Origin: Candidatus Woesearchaeota archaeon
Lineage (GTDB): Archaea > Nanobdellota > Nanobdellia > SCGC-AAA011-G17 > JAGVZF01
DNA: 42,139 nt
Direction of reading: 5' to 3'
Assembly: GCA_016185565.1 (NCBI GenBank)
Contig: JACPNH010000049.1
Coordinates: forward strand, 1 to 42,139
Shown: piece by piece, positions 1 through 9,502 of the stretch
Position numbering within the stretch: position 1 is the first letter of the stretch
Layout of the letters: every line of letters starts with the position of its first letter
Position numbers and translations under genes: made by a program
Notes under the pieces: generated by a model
Seen by the model: the letters and a program-made list of their open reading frames with translations, nothing else
Told to the model about the DNA's origin: nothing
The model's database searches: none

Positions 1-955
1 TAATAATATCTTTTTCTTTATTAGATTTTGGTAGTCCTAACATCATATGGGCTGTGATTTTTAAAAAAGAATCTTTTAATAGTTGAAAAGATTTTTTCGA
101 ATCTTCAATAGTATGACCCCTATTTGTATATTTCAAAATATCATTATATAATGTTTGCACGCCAACTTCCACCCTAGTAGTACCTAATTCTAACATTTTA
201 TTTATATGTTCTTGAAAACACCAATCTGGCTTGGTTTCTATGGTAAGGCCGATGCACCTAATTTTTGCTGTTTCATTCTTAGTCTGTTCTTGTTCAAGAC
301 TGCATTGTTTTTTAAGCATCAAAATCTTTTCTTGAATCCTTTTGGTTCTGGATTCGTCCCTTATGCTTCCTGGAAGTTCAAAGAACTCCTTGAATTTTTG
401 AAAGTTGAATTTTCCATCATCAAAGAACATTTCAGAAAAATCGTTCATTGCCTTAAATATGTTTTTAACAACGTCTTCCTGGTATTCATCAGGAAAGCTT
501 GGAAAAGTGCCGCCTTGGATAATTACTTCTGCCTTATCAGGAACTTGGTTTAATAAAAGATATTGCTCGATTCTGTTAAATACAATTAAGTATGGATCAT
601 AACTGGCCCGAATTGCCCTCATCGTGCTTGGCTCATTTCCGGTATATGACATAGGAACATTTCCAAAATAAGAACCTGGACCGCCTGGGCAGAAGGTGCA
701 TTTTCCATGCTTACAAGAGATTGGCTTTGTCATCACAGCTATTGGAGCAACCCCTGATAAAGTTCTTACTGGCTTTGTTTTCAATATTTCACTGAATCTT
801 GCTTTCTCTTTTTCGTTTAAGTTCTCTAAAAGCTCTATATTAGTGGGGATCTTTTTCAGCTTGTATTTCTTGACTACTTCAATTTTTATGGAGTTCAATT
901 TATCGGCATTTTCGTTTGCCTTTTCGAGAATCTCCAGATATGCCTGTTTTATCAT
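1..955 (-). CDS. elp3: Elp3-family radical SAM/acetyltransferase tRNA U34 modification enzyme, N-terminal part (3-prime end runs off the window)
   Basis: Absent from the ORF track because it has no stop in the window. Manual minus-strand translation from the ATG at 955-953 gives MIKQAYLEILEK...LSGVAPIAVMTKPISCKHGKCTFCPGGPGSYFGN...VIIQGGTFPS...GLTIETKPDW...RVEVGVQT. This contains the Elp3 CKHGKCxFCPGG radical-SAM cluster motif and core. The plus-strand track ORFs at 206-1010 are antisense shadows. Confidence 0.85.
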   Translation of the reverse strand, partial: MIKQAYLEILEKANENADKLNSIKIEVVKKYKLKKIPTNIELLENLNEKEKARFSEILKTKPVRTLSGVAPIAVMTKPISCKHGKCTFCPGGPGSYFGNVPMSYTGNEPSTMRAIRASYDPYLIVFNRIEQYLLLNQVPDKAEVIIQGGTFPSFPDEYQEDVVKNIFKAMNDFSEMFFDDGKFNFQKFKEFFELPGSIRDESRTKRIQEKILMLKKQCSLEQEQTKNETAKIRCIGLTIETKPDWCFQEHINKMLELGTTRVEVGVQTLYNDILKYTNRGHTIEDSKKSFQLLKDSFLKITAHMMLGLPKSNKEKDII

Positions 956-1088
956 GATAAAGTTAAGTAGATGTAGTGTTTATAAAAATTACTTTACCAT
1001 TACAAATTAGCCAAAAAATAAATTTGGGAGATGATGTAGCGGGAATTTTTAGAAACGTTTATAAATTATACCAAGGTTTTTAAATGGA

Positions 1089-1574
1089 ATGGTAAAAAAT
1101 GCAGTAATAGAAAAAAAACCTGCATCTATATTTAAAAGGGGTTTTGCATATATAATAGACGTGTTAATAATAGATTTAATTATAGTATTGCCTTTCAACA
1201 AAACAATTAAAAACTTACAAGGAACTGACACATTTAATTTTTATTACAATTTTCAGTATCTCCTAGACAACCCAGAAAAAACAGCACAGTTAGCATTTAT
1301 AGGCATAATAGTCGCAGTATTAAGCATTGCATACTGGACAATACTTGAGTTTAGACTAAGACAGAGCATAGGCAAAATATTAATGAACATAAAAGTTATG
1401 TCAAAAAAGAAAGGTTTTTCAATAACACAGTGCCTAGTAAGAAATATAAGCAAGGCGATAACACTTTTATTTTTATTTGATGTTATATATTTATTAATAA
1501 ACAAGGACAAGAATCAAAGATATTTCGAAAAGATATCTGATACAATAGTAATAGAAGAGGTCATCAAAATATGA
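1089..1574 (+). CDS. RDD-family membrane protein
   Basis: Contains FKRGFAYIIDVLIIDLII and RLRQSIGKILMNIKV, the typical RDD-domain pattern, plus hydrophobic helices. Its stop overlaps the sppA start by 4 nt (ATGA). Confidence 0.65.
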   Translation: MVKNAVIEKKPASIFKRGFAYIIDVLIIDLIIVLPFNKTIKNLQGTDTFNFYYNFQYLLDNPEKTAQLAFIGIIVAVLSIAYWTILEFRLRQSIGKILMNIKVMSKKKGFSITQCLVRNISKAITLLFLFDVIYLLINKDKNQRYFEKISDTIVIEEVIKI

Positions 1575-2482
1575 AAAGGTGGAAAACTGTAATCATTGTA
1601 GTAATAGTAATTGGGGCAATTAGTTTTTTGCTTTCAGGCTTTTTTAGTGATTTTAACACTGTAAAAATAGGAAATAGAATTGCTCTTATTCCATTATACG
1701 GGCCAATAACATTAGATGGAAATAAGGGCTTCTTTGATTTTTATGGAATATCTACAAACAATATTCTAGATGCATTAAAAAAAGCAGAGGAAGATCCTGG
1801 CATTAAAGGAATCGTTCTTGAGATTAACAGTCCTGGCGGCACAGTAGTTGCTAGCGAGGAAATTGCAAATGCCGTAAATAAGATAAAAAAGCCCGTTGTT
1901 GCATGGATTAGAGAAGAGGGGGCTTCTGGAGCGTATTGGATTGCTTCAAGCGCTGATTACATTATAGCTGATCCTTTAAGCATAACTGGAAGCATAGGTG
2001 TTATAGGAAGTTATCTTGAATTTGCAGATTTGCTAGAAAAATATGGCGTAAAATACCAACAACTGACCTCTGGCGAATTTAAGGACACTGGAAGTCCTTT
2101 CAAAAAGCTGAGCGAGAAAGAAAATGAGTTATTACAAAGCAAAATAAACAAAATTCATGAATTCTTTATTGAGGAAGTGTCAAAAAATAGAAATATGAGT
2201 AAAACAAAAATAAGTGAGATTGCAAATGGTGCTTTTTATCTAGGGATAGAGGCAAAAGAGCTTGGACTTGTGGATGAACTCGGCGGAAAAGAGGAAGCAA
2301 TAAATAAAGTAAAAGAACTCGCTGGCATTAAAGAAGCCAGCATTGTAACCTACCAGAAAAGGTCTTCTATATTTGACTTGTTCAGCAATACTATAGCTTA
2401 TAGTTCTTTTTATATAGGCAAAGGCATTTCATACGGATTAAATGAGCAGGTAAACAGAAATAATTTCGAATTCAGGACATAG
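1571..2482 (+). CDS. sppA: Signal peptide peptidase SppA (36K type, S49)
   Basis: N-terminal TM helix. Contains GIVLEINSPGGTVVASEEI...EGASGAYWIASSADYIIADPLSITGSIGV, the classic S49 core. Confidence 0.85.
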   Translation: MKRWKTVIIVVIVIGAISFLLSGFFSDFNTVKIGNRIALIPLYGPITLDGNKGFFDFYGISTNNILDALKKAEEDPGIKGIVLEINSPGGTVVASEEIANAVNKIKKPVVAWIREEGASGAYWIASSADYIIADPLSITGSIGVIGSYLEFADLLEKYGVKYQQLTSGEFKDTGSPFKKLSEKENELLQSKINKIHEFFIEEVSKNRNMSKTKISEIANGAFYLGIEAKELGLVDELGGKEEAINKVKELAGIKEASIVTYQKRSSIFDLFSNTIAYSSFYIGKGISYGLNEQVNRNNFEFRT

Positions 2483-2484
2483 AA

Positions 2485-4017
2485 ATGATGAATAGGGAAG
2501 GATTAATAGAAACAATAAAGAATTTCCATGATGAAATTTATCGCGAGAATTATTCACATTTAATAGGACTAAAAGAAGACCTTAATGAAACTAAAATATA
2601 TAGCAAATATCAATATCTTTTCACAAAAGAAAATATAAAATTTCTTAAAGATTTGGTGGCAAAGTCTACAGCCTTAGAAAAAAGAAAAAATAACTATCTT
2701 ATTGGGTATGTGATTGGAAATTTCGTGGGGCAAAAATTAAGTAAAATAAGCGATGAGGCAGCTGCTTTCGAGGCGAAGGCATTTGTAGAGTTCAAGGGAA
2801 ATAAAATTCCTTATAGGGGATTAACAAAAATAATGAACAATGAAGACAATAAAGAAAATCGGGATCTGCTTTATGAAGCCCAAAAACCCATAAAACTTAA
2901 ATTGCTAGATTACAATATAAAGTACTTGAAACAAGAATTAAAGCTTCTAAATGATTTGGGGTATAAAAGTTATATTGAACTTAACTCTGCAATAAAAGAG
3001 GTTGATTATTTCAAGCTCAGAGATGAGTTAAAAGCTTTCTTAGTAGAAACTGATGAAAAATTCACTGTTTTAATCCATGAGGCAATGAAAAGCATCAATG
3101 TAAACACAGATGATGCAAGGAATTATGACTGGGGCTATTATGCAAGGCATAAGGAATTTGACGGGGCATTTCCTAAGGAAAATGTTATTAGCACTTTAAA
3201 GAAAACATTGCTTGGAATTGGTTTTAATCTTGACATACAAAAAAATATTGAACTAGACATAGAAGAAAGGGAAAAGAAAGTGCCAAGGGCCTTTATGATG
3301 CCAATCAAAGTTCCGGATGAAATTAAACTGGTAATTAAGCCTAACGGAGGTTATGAGGATTATAATGCAATATTGCATGAAGCTGGCCATGCGGAGCATT
3401 ATGCTCATGTAAATCCTGACCTAGACTATGAATTCAAGCATTTTGGAGACCATAGCGTTACTGAAATCTTTTCTTTCTTATTTGATAATTTGATGCAAGA
3501 TCCAAATTGGCTTAAAATCCATACAAGAATGAACAATCAAGAAATTGAAAAATTTGTAAAAGAAAACTATCTACAGGACTTGTTTATGTTTAGAAGGTAT
3601 ATAGCCAAGTTAATCTATGAATTGAAATTATTCAGCGATGACTTAAGGAAACTAGACAGCAATTTCAACCCAGCAAAGGGCTATTACAAGAATTTTGGAG
3701 AGTGTTATAGCGACATTTTAAGCAAGGCAACTAAGGTAAAATATCCCAAAAGCTCCTATTTAATAGACTTAGACGGAGGGTTTTATGTTGCGGATTACTT
3801 AAGGGCCTGGATTGGGGAAAGGCAATTAAGACACAAACTAAAACAAGATTATGGTACAGAATGGTTTAAAAACAAGAAAGCAGGAGAATTTTTAAAAAAA
3901 CTATATTCTCTTGGAAATAGCAAGCATATAAATGAATTAATGCAGGAATCTGGATTTAAAGGTCTTGACACAATTTATATTTTTAGAGATTTTAAGGATT
4001 TCTTGGACAAGGCTTAA
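2485..4017 (+). CDS. Zinc metallopeptidase, M3/oligoendopeptidase-like (HExxH)
   Basis: A 510-aa soluble protein with ILHEAGHAEHY (HExxH) in the C-terminal half and a helical context like PepF-type enzymes. The family assignment is tentative. Confidence 0.5.
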   Translation: MMNREGLIETIKNFHDEIYRENYSHLIGLKEDLNETKIYSKYQYLFTKENIKFLKDLVAKSTALEKRKNNYLIGYVIGNFVGQKLSKISDEAAAFEAKAFVEFKGNKIPYRGLTKIMNNEDNKENRDLLYEAQKPIKLKLLDYNIKYLKQELKLLNDLGYKSYIELNSAIKEVDYFKLRDELKAFLVETDEKFTVLIHEAMKSINVNTDDARNYDWGYYARHKEFDGAFPKENVISTLKKTLLGIGFNLDIQKNIELDIEEREKKVPRAFMMPIKVPDEIKLVIKPNGGYEDYNAILHEAGHAEHYAHVNPDLDYEFKHFGDHSVTEIFSFLFDNLMQDPNWLKIHTRMNNQEIEKFVKENYLQDLFMFRRYIAKLIYELKLFSDDLRKLDSNFNPAKGYYKNFGECYSDILSKATKVKYPKSSYLIDLDGGFYVADYLRAWIGERQLRHKLKQDYGTEWFKNKKAGEFLKKLYSLGNSKHINELMQESGFKGLDTIYIFRDFKDFLDKA

Positions 4018-4239
4018 TTAATTATTATTTATATTATCTGGGATTATAATTTTTAATAACATTTTTACTTTGCCCTTTGGAATAATTTATTTAGTGATAA
4101 ATGATATTATTTTATGGTATCTTGGCTTTAACAAAGAAGTAAAAAAGGCTTTTGTATAAAATATTGTGGTATTATGACAAAATAAGAAGAAATAAAGCAG
4201 TTAATAAACCTTTACTAAAAATTTAAAAAATAAAAAGGC

Positions 4240-4923
4240 TTATTTTTCGCGCGCCGAACATACCCCGAAAGCGAGCCCACCCCTGACATCACCATGGTTG
4301 AAGCCAAAGACTCCAAGCCAACGACCAAGGTACCGACTGGAATACAGAGCGGAAACTCCCTCCAGTCTCTGGTTGACTGACTTATAACTATATAAACAAG
4401 GTTCTTGTTCAAACTTGTCAGCAACTTCAGCTAACTTCTCAGCCCCTTCCTCGCCTGCTAATGCAATTACATAAGGATTCTTGCTTAATTTCATTGAAGA
4501 CATAGATCCAGTTTCATAGCCAAAAGGAACAAATCTTACACTAGGATCACTTGCCTCTAGCTTTCTTTCTAGCTCGCTTTCAGTCATATTAGGAATTCCA
4601 CCTTTTGGTTGTGGGTAAATATAAACTCCTTTTCCAGGCAGATACAGATTTTTTTCAAAAACCCATAGCCATCTGTCTTTCATTATTTGCTTGATTTCTG
4701 TGCTGTATTTGTCATCAGAATTAAATGCTGTGTGTACTAAAGAGGCTGTTTCTGCCATTGTTGGTCTTTGCAATCCAGCTGCATCTATTTGTTCTCCAAC
4801 TTGTGCATAAGTATTCGGTCCATAAGAAGGAGCTACAAAAGTTAAATCTCTTCCATTATGATCAGTAGTTAATTCAGTTCTACCTTCTTTTACTCTTAAA
4901 GTTTTAGTTTGTGTTTGAGTCAT
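4240..4923 (-). CDS. Hypothetical protein with no recognised domain, compositionally atypical
   Basis: A 227-aa ORF with non-repetitive, protein-like composition. Its 3-prime third (about 4240-4400) is visibly GC-rich compared with all neighbours. It is flanked by long AT-rich spacers. Confidence 0.55.
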   Translation of the reverse strand: MTQTQTKTLRVKEGRTELTTDHNGRDLTFVAPSYGPNTYAQVGEQIDAAGLQRPTMAETASLVHTAFNSDDKYSTEIKQIMKDRWLWVFEKNLYLPGKGVYIYPQPKGGIPNMTESELERKLEASDPSVRFVPFGYETGSMSSMKLSKNPYVIALAGEEGAEKLAEVADKFEQEPCLYSYKSVNQRLEGVSALYSSRYLGRWLGVFGFNHGDVRGGLAFGVCSAREK

Positions 4924-5061
4924 TTTATTGTTTTGCCTCTCTATTTGTTTAATTTCTATGTAAAACTGAAGTATTTACTTATTTATAAAGCTTTCTATTT
5001 GTTACTACTTTTTAAAGGTAATAAAACGATACATTTATATATTTTACCATATACATTTTAA

Positions 5062-5574
5062 ATGGGGGTAAGTGTTTGTATGAAAAAATTACCAATATTG
5101 TTAATATCAGTAATAATAATAAATATTGTACTGTTTGGACTTATTGCGAATATTGTGTATAGTGAATACCTTAACAATGGAAAACAATTGCCATATTTTT
5201 CTGCAGTCAAGAAAGACAGCCCCCAAGACATAGTTAAAGAAGACCAGATTATTGTAACTAAAGACAACATAGTAATAAATATTAAAGGTGCAGAGTGGAG
5301 CAAGTATGCAGACACCAATTCTATGGAGCCTGTAATAAGCTCTAGGGCAAATGGCCTTGAAATAGTCCCAAAATGCGAAAATATAAAGTCTGGAGACATA
5401 ATAGTTTATGAGCCTAACTTCACAAATGGATTGATTGTGCATAGAGTGATTAATGTAACTGAAGACAAAGAAGGCCTATTTTTTACTTTAAAGGGAGATA
5501 ACAATCCCATATCAGACCCAGAAAAAGTAAGATGCTCTCAAATTAAATATCAGGTTATTGGAATAATATACTAA
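5062..5574 (+). CDS. Signal peptidase I, archaeal/eukaryotic Sec11 (S26B) type
   Basis: N-terminal TM helix, followed by NSMEPVI (catalytic Ser), LIVHRVI (His) and LKGDNN. The likely true start is the ATG at 5080 (MKKLPILL). Confidence 0.75.
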   Translation: MGVSVCMKKLPILLISVIIINIVLFGLIANIVYSEYLNNGKQLPYFSAVKKDSPQDIVKEDQIIVTKDNIVINIKGAEWSKYADTNSMEPVISSRANGLEIVPKCENIKSGDIIVYEPNFTNGLIVHRVINVTEDKEGLFFTLKGDNNPISDPEKVRCSQIKYQVIGIIY

Positions 5575-5665
5575 AATAACGAAAAACTTATATACGATTT
5601 GCACATCTCATATTTAAAATTCTTAGGTATCTTTAAAGAAGCCTATACAGAAAAATATAGTAACA

Positions 5666-6703
5666 ATGATTTCGAGAAGAAAATTTTTACAATTAACAGG
5701 TGCGACTGTTGTAAGCTTAGCAGCTAGTACTGCTTATACTGACTTGTTCCACCACCCTCTGCCATATCTTGATGAAAACAGAAGAACTGAAAAAAGAGTG
5801 TATGGAAGTAACCTCTATGAATTGCATCCAGCAAGAGCTGTTGCAGCATTAGAAAATGATGAAGAATCTGTAAAAATTTTTGATAGTTTAATAGACCTAC
5901 TAGAAGACAGCCTTAACTCTGCCTACGAATACAAGAGCAGAGAAGATTATCTTGTAAATACAGTATTAGAATACTCTAGAAGATTTTCCAGAAAGACTGC
6001 AACAAGAAAAGAGATTAATGTAATAAACAATGGAATACTTTTACCAAGAATTATTGGGTTAAGAGATATAATAAAACAATTAACACAATTTGCATTCTAT
6101 AGTCTAGAAGGCAGGCATGATACATATCTTGGAATAGGAAATGAGAGATTTGCGATTCCTGAATCTTATTTCCCTACTCTAAAAAGCTACGAATCAAAGA
6201 CTAAGGCCCTAAGAATATCTAGATCTTCAGAAGACAATGCTAAAAGACTTGTAGCCAATACAATCTATAATTTATCAGCAAACATAAAACATATCATAGA
6301 TGTTGCATCGGAAGAGAATGTACTATTAAACATACTGCTTGGTATAGCAACACTAGAATCTCTTGGAAACCAGTATAGCGTAGGAGTCGTTGGTGAAGTT
6401 GGAATGTTCCAGATAAGGCCTGATGTTTCCGAACTTGTGGCAAGAAAATATTCAGATAAATTTCAATTATCTTCACCACAGGAAGCACTAGAAAACATAG
6501 TAAGATATCCAGATCTAAATGCAAGGTTTGCAGCCATCTTGTTAAATGAGTGCAAGGTTGATTATCCAGAAATAGCACTAGCCTACCACAAAGGCCTCAC
6601 TAAGTTCAAATCATTAGATGAAGAAAGTCGAAGGAACCATTGGTATGTGGAAAAATTTTGTAAAGTCTATAATGTGCTGGAAGAAAGAGCATACCTATCA
6701 TAA
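5666..6703 (+). CDS. Tat-signal secreted lytic transglycosylase (SLT domain)
   Basis: MISRRKFLQLTGATVVSLAAS matches the twin-arginine consensus S-R-R-x-F-L. The C-terminal part has GIATLESLGN (catalytic Glu-Ser), GEVGMFQIRP and ALAYHKG, which are the three SLT motifs. Confidence 0.75.
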   Translation: MISRRKFLQLTGATVVSLAASTAYTDLFHHPLPYLDENRRTEKRVYGSNLYELHPARAVAALENDEESVKIFDSLIDLLEDSLNSAYEYKSREDYLVNTVLEYSRRFSRKTATRKEINVINNGILLPRIIGLRDIIKQLTQFAFYSLEGRHDTYLGIGNERFAIPESYFPTLKSYESKTKALRISRSSEDNAKRLVANTIYNLSANIKHIIDVASEENVLLNILLGIATLESLGNQYSVGVVGEVGMFQIRPDVSELVARKYSDKFQLSSPQEALENIVRYPDLNARFAAILLNECKVDYPEIALAYHKGLTKFKSLDEESRRNHWYVEKFCKVYNVLEERAYLS

Positions 6704-6819
6704 TCAACAATCACAGTATACACAATAAGTTTTATATATTAGATGTTTTATTGCCTTTTTGCAATGCATAGTTATCTTAAAATAGAAATATGCAGGACTT
6801 ATTCTAGAGGTGAAAGTAA

Positions 6820-8272
6820 ATGGATTTAAAAGAGATTAAAGAGGGCTTGACCTTTGATGATGTGTTATTAGTCCCTAAAAAAAGCCCTGTGGTATCAAGA
6901 AAAGAAATAAGCGTAGAAACAATGCTTACAGAAAAGATAAAACTAAACATACCTATAGTTTCTGCAAATATGGACACTGTAACAGAAGCAAACATGGCTA
7001 TAGCAATTGCAAGACAGGGCGGTATTGGAATTATCCACAGATTTTTACCAATAGAGAAGCAAGTAGAAGAAGTTTTAAAAGTAAAACGCTCTGAATCTTT
7101 TATTATAGAAGAGCCTGTAACAATAAACCAAAATAAAACACTGAAAGATGCCAAACTTCTAATGAACACTTATGATGTTGGTGGAATTATAGTTGTAGAT
7201 GACAACAACAATATTGCAGGTATTTTGACCACTCGAGACACTTTATTCCAAGAAAATTTAAGGTTAAAAGTAAGCGAGGTGATGACAAAAAAAGAAAGCC
7301 TTATCACAGCACCTTTTGGAATAACTATGGATGAGGCTAAAAAGGTATTAAGAGAAAATAGAATTGAGAAATTGCCCTTGCTTGATGGGGATGGAAAGCT
7401 CCGAGGATTAATTACAACTAAAGACATAACAAAAAAAGAAAAATACCCAAATGCAAGCAAAGATATTAAGGGAAGGCTTCTTGTAGGGGCTGCAATTGGT
7501 GTTAAAGACGATTATGTAGAAAGAGCAACTGCATTATTAAGAGTTGGTTGTGACGTTTTAGTTGTTGACATTGCTCATGGACATAGTGATACTGCAATAA
7601 AAGCAATAAAAGAAATCCGCAAGAACCTTGGAACAGTCCAAGTAATTGGAGGAAATGTAGCAACAGGCGAGGGAACTAAAGATTTGATTAAGGCTGGCGT
7701 GGATGCAGTCAAAGTAGGGGTGGGTCCCTGGTGCCGTCTGTTCAACTCGGATAGTCACAGGGGCAGGAGTTCCTCAATTAACGGCAATAATGGAATGTGC
7801 TAAAATTGCTAGTAAAGAAAATATTCCAATAATTGCTGATGGTGGTATAAGAAATTCTGGCGATATTACAAAGGCTTTAGCATCTGGAGCATCTTCAGTA
7901 ATGATTGGCAGCTTGCTTGCTGGAACAGAGGAAAGTCCTGGTGCAATAATAATGAGACAAGGAAAAAGATACAAGATTTATAGAGGAATGGCATCATTTG
8001 AAGCTAACTTAAAAAGAAAACAAAAACAAAATAATAACTTTGAAATTGACACTGATTTGTTAGACATGACACCAGAAGGCGTAGAGAGTTTGGTTGCTTA
8101 TAAGGGATACACATCGGAAGTCATTACACAATTAATGAATGGTTTGAAATCCGGAGTTTCATATTGTGGATCAAGAAACATTAAAGAACTGCAAAAAAAT
8201 GCAGAATTCATTAAGATGAGTTTAGCTGGGTTAAGAGAAAGTTTTCCACATGATGTTGATGTTCTTAAATGA
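6820..8272 (+). pseudogene. guaB: IMP dehydrogenase with CBS pair, interrupted by a 1-nt frameshift at about 7726-7729
   Basis: ORF 6820-7803 reads LTFDDVLLVP...SANMDTVTE...GIGIIHR...CBS...VVDIAHGHS...VKVGVGP and then goes out of frame. The frame of ORF 7790-8272 is open from 7718 and reads [27 protein letters not shown]...[11 protein letters not shown]...GSLLAG. Deleting one base in the ggtCCCTggt context restores VGVGPGAVCSTR, the catalytic Cys loop. Confidence 0.85.
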
Positions 8273-8300
8273 TTAAACTTGATTTAAATTTAATAAAATT

Positions 8301-9335
8301 TTATGTCTTATAAATTTCCGTATCAGAATGAAAGGCATACCAAGCAAACCAAAATGCCTTAACAACTTGTAACTCTTGTAGTTTGTTATTACTACTATTG
8401 TCATTTAAGTCATATTCAATATCTCCAGATACCAATTTTCCATTTTTTAAAATAAATTCTTTATCATCGCGATAAAAAATCCTTGCATCGTCTATGCTTT
8501 CATCATAGACTATCAACAAATTCTTTCCATTGAAATTGTCGTTAATTATTTTTTCTCTTGCTATATCGCCCTTTAGATAAGCCTTGAATTTATTATTCAC
8601 TTCGATGCCATAAATTCTTGTCTTTGGGTGGTATGTTGAATCTCTAGTGCTTATTGGAAATAAAATTTCAGCACTTGATTCATAGGTTCCATATGGATAT
8701 GTATCATAATCTCTTACAAACCCCGTGTCCCTTGAAAGCACCTTTGAATTGGGGAAGCTTTTTTTCCAATCCTGCCATGAAGTTATTGTCAATGGCAGTA
8801 TCTCAAGTTTTTGTTCTGCTAATTCTCCAATAATTGCTGTGCCATCCAACTGGCTCCATAGAGTATTCGTGAGTCTGTCGTACATTACCAAATCAGAATT
8901 ATACAATTTTCCCGAAACTCCAAATGTTGTTTCTTGGCCATTAACAACCCTTTTGAAAACAATGCCACTTCCGCATAACGGGCAGAATGTGACTGCTACA
9001 GGCACATTTCCGATTTTATCATTTACAATCTCGTGCCAATTCAGGATTTGCTGTGGGTATGCGCGGGCATCTTTGTTGAATTCGACTCCAAAAACAACTT
9101 CATTGTCATCAAGAAATTTTTCTGCTTCTTGAACAGAAACAAATTTTGGCTTGTCTATGCTAGGGATCGCATCTCTCGGCAGCACATTTATTACATTTTC
9201 TAAAGGAACTATGTGCTTAAATCCATCTGTAACTATAATACTATTCTCTGATTTTAGATTTTCTTTATTTTTATTGGTATTGCAGCCAGAGATCAGCAAT
9301 ATTGCAAAAATCCCTAAAATAAATAAGATTCTCAT
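8301..9335 (-). CDS. DUF3179-family lipoprotein
   Basis: Signal peptide with lipobox LLISGC. Contains RDAIPSIDKPKF...ARAYPQQILNWHEIVND...VAVTFCPLCGSGIVF...FGVSGKLYNSDLVMYD...TLWSQ, the DUF3179 signature. Confidence 0.8.
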   Translation of the reverse strand: MRILFILGIFAILLISGCNTNKNKENLKSENSIIVTDGFKHIVPLENVINVLPRDAIPSIDKPKFVSVQEAEKFLDDNEVVFGVEFNKDARAYPQQILNWHEIVNDKIGNVPVAVTFCPLCGSGIVFKRVVNGQETTFGVSGKLYNSDLVMYDRLTNTLWSQLDGTAIIGELAEQKLEILPLTITSWQDWKKSFPNSKVLSRDTGFVRDYDTYPYGTYESSAEILFPISTRDSTYHPKTRIYGIEVNNKFKAYLKGDIAREKIINDNFNGKNLLIVYDESIDDARIFYRDDKEFILKNGKLVSGDIEYDLNDNSSNNKLQELQVVKAFWFAWYAFHSDTEIYKT

Positions 9336-9445
9336 ATTCTATACAACTTTATACAACTTAGCTCTGTTAATTTTAATTTTAAAATCTATAGTAAATAGAT
9401 GGTTGTGTGTTATTAAATCTTTACTTTAAATATTAAAAGAAAAAC

Positions 9446-9453
9446 TTTATATA
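9446..9453 (+). promoter_or_regulatory. TATA box (TTTATATA) for the regulator gene at 9503
   Basis: AAAAACTTTATATAG lies 50 nt upstream of the ATG, with an A-rich BRE-like flank. Confidence 0.45.
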
Positions 9454-9460
9454 GTTTAAC

Positions 9461-9479
9461 TTTTACAATATTTGTAAAA
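9461..9479. promoter_or_regulatory. Palindromic operator candidate TTTTACAA-TAT-TTGTAAAA
   Basis: Perfect 8-3-8 inverted repeat located 7 nt downstream of the TATA box and 24 nt upstream of the ATG at 9503. Its 17-nt core TTTACAATATTTGTAAA is identical to the sequence at 13789-13805. Confidence 0.55.
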
Positions 9480-9502
9480 CTTTAATATTTTAATATTTAA
9501 AA

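Noticed and set aside
206-1010. Three plus-strand track ORFs (206-553, 405-602, 696-1010).
   Set aside because: They are antisense to a clean Elp3 reading frame (1-955, minus strand) that carries the radical-SAM motif. Their sequences are hydrophobic and low-complexity with no motifs.
4240-4400. The GC-rich segment examined as a possible hidden tRNA or other structured RNA.
   Set aside because: I could not build T-loop (GTTCRANYC-like), D-loop or acceptor-stem pairing on either strand. The segment translates cleanly as the C-terminus of the 227-aa ORF.
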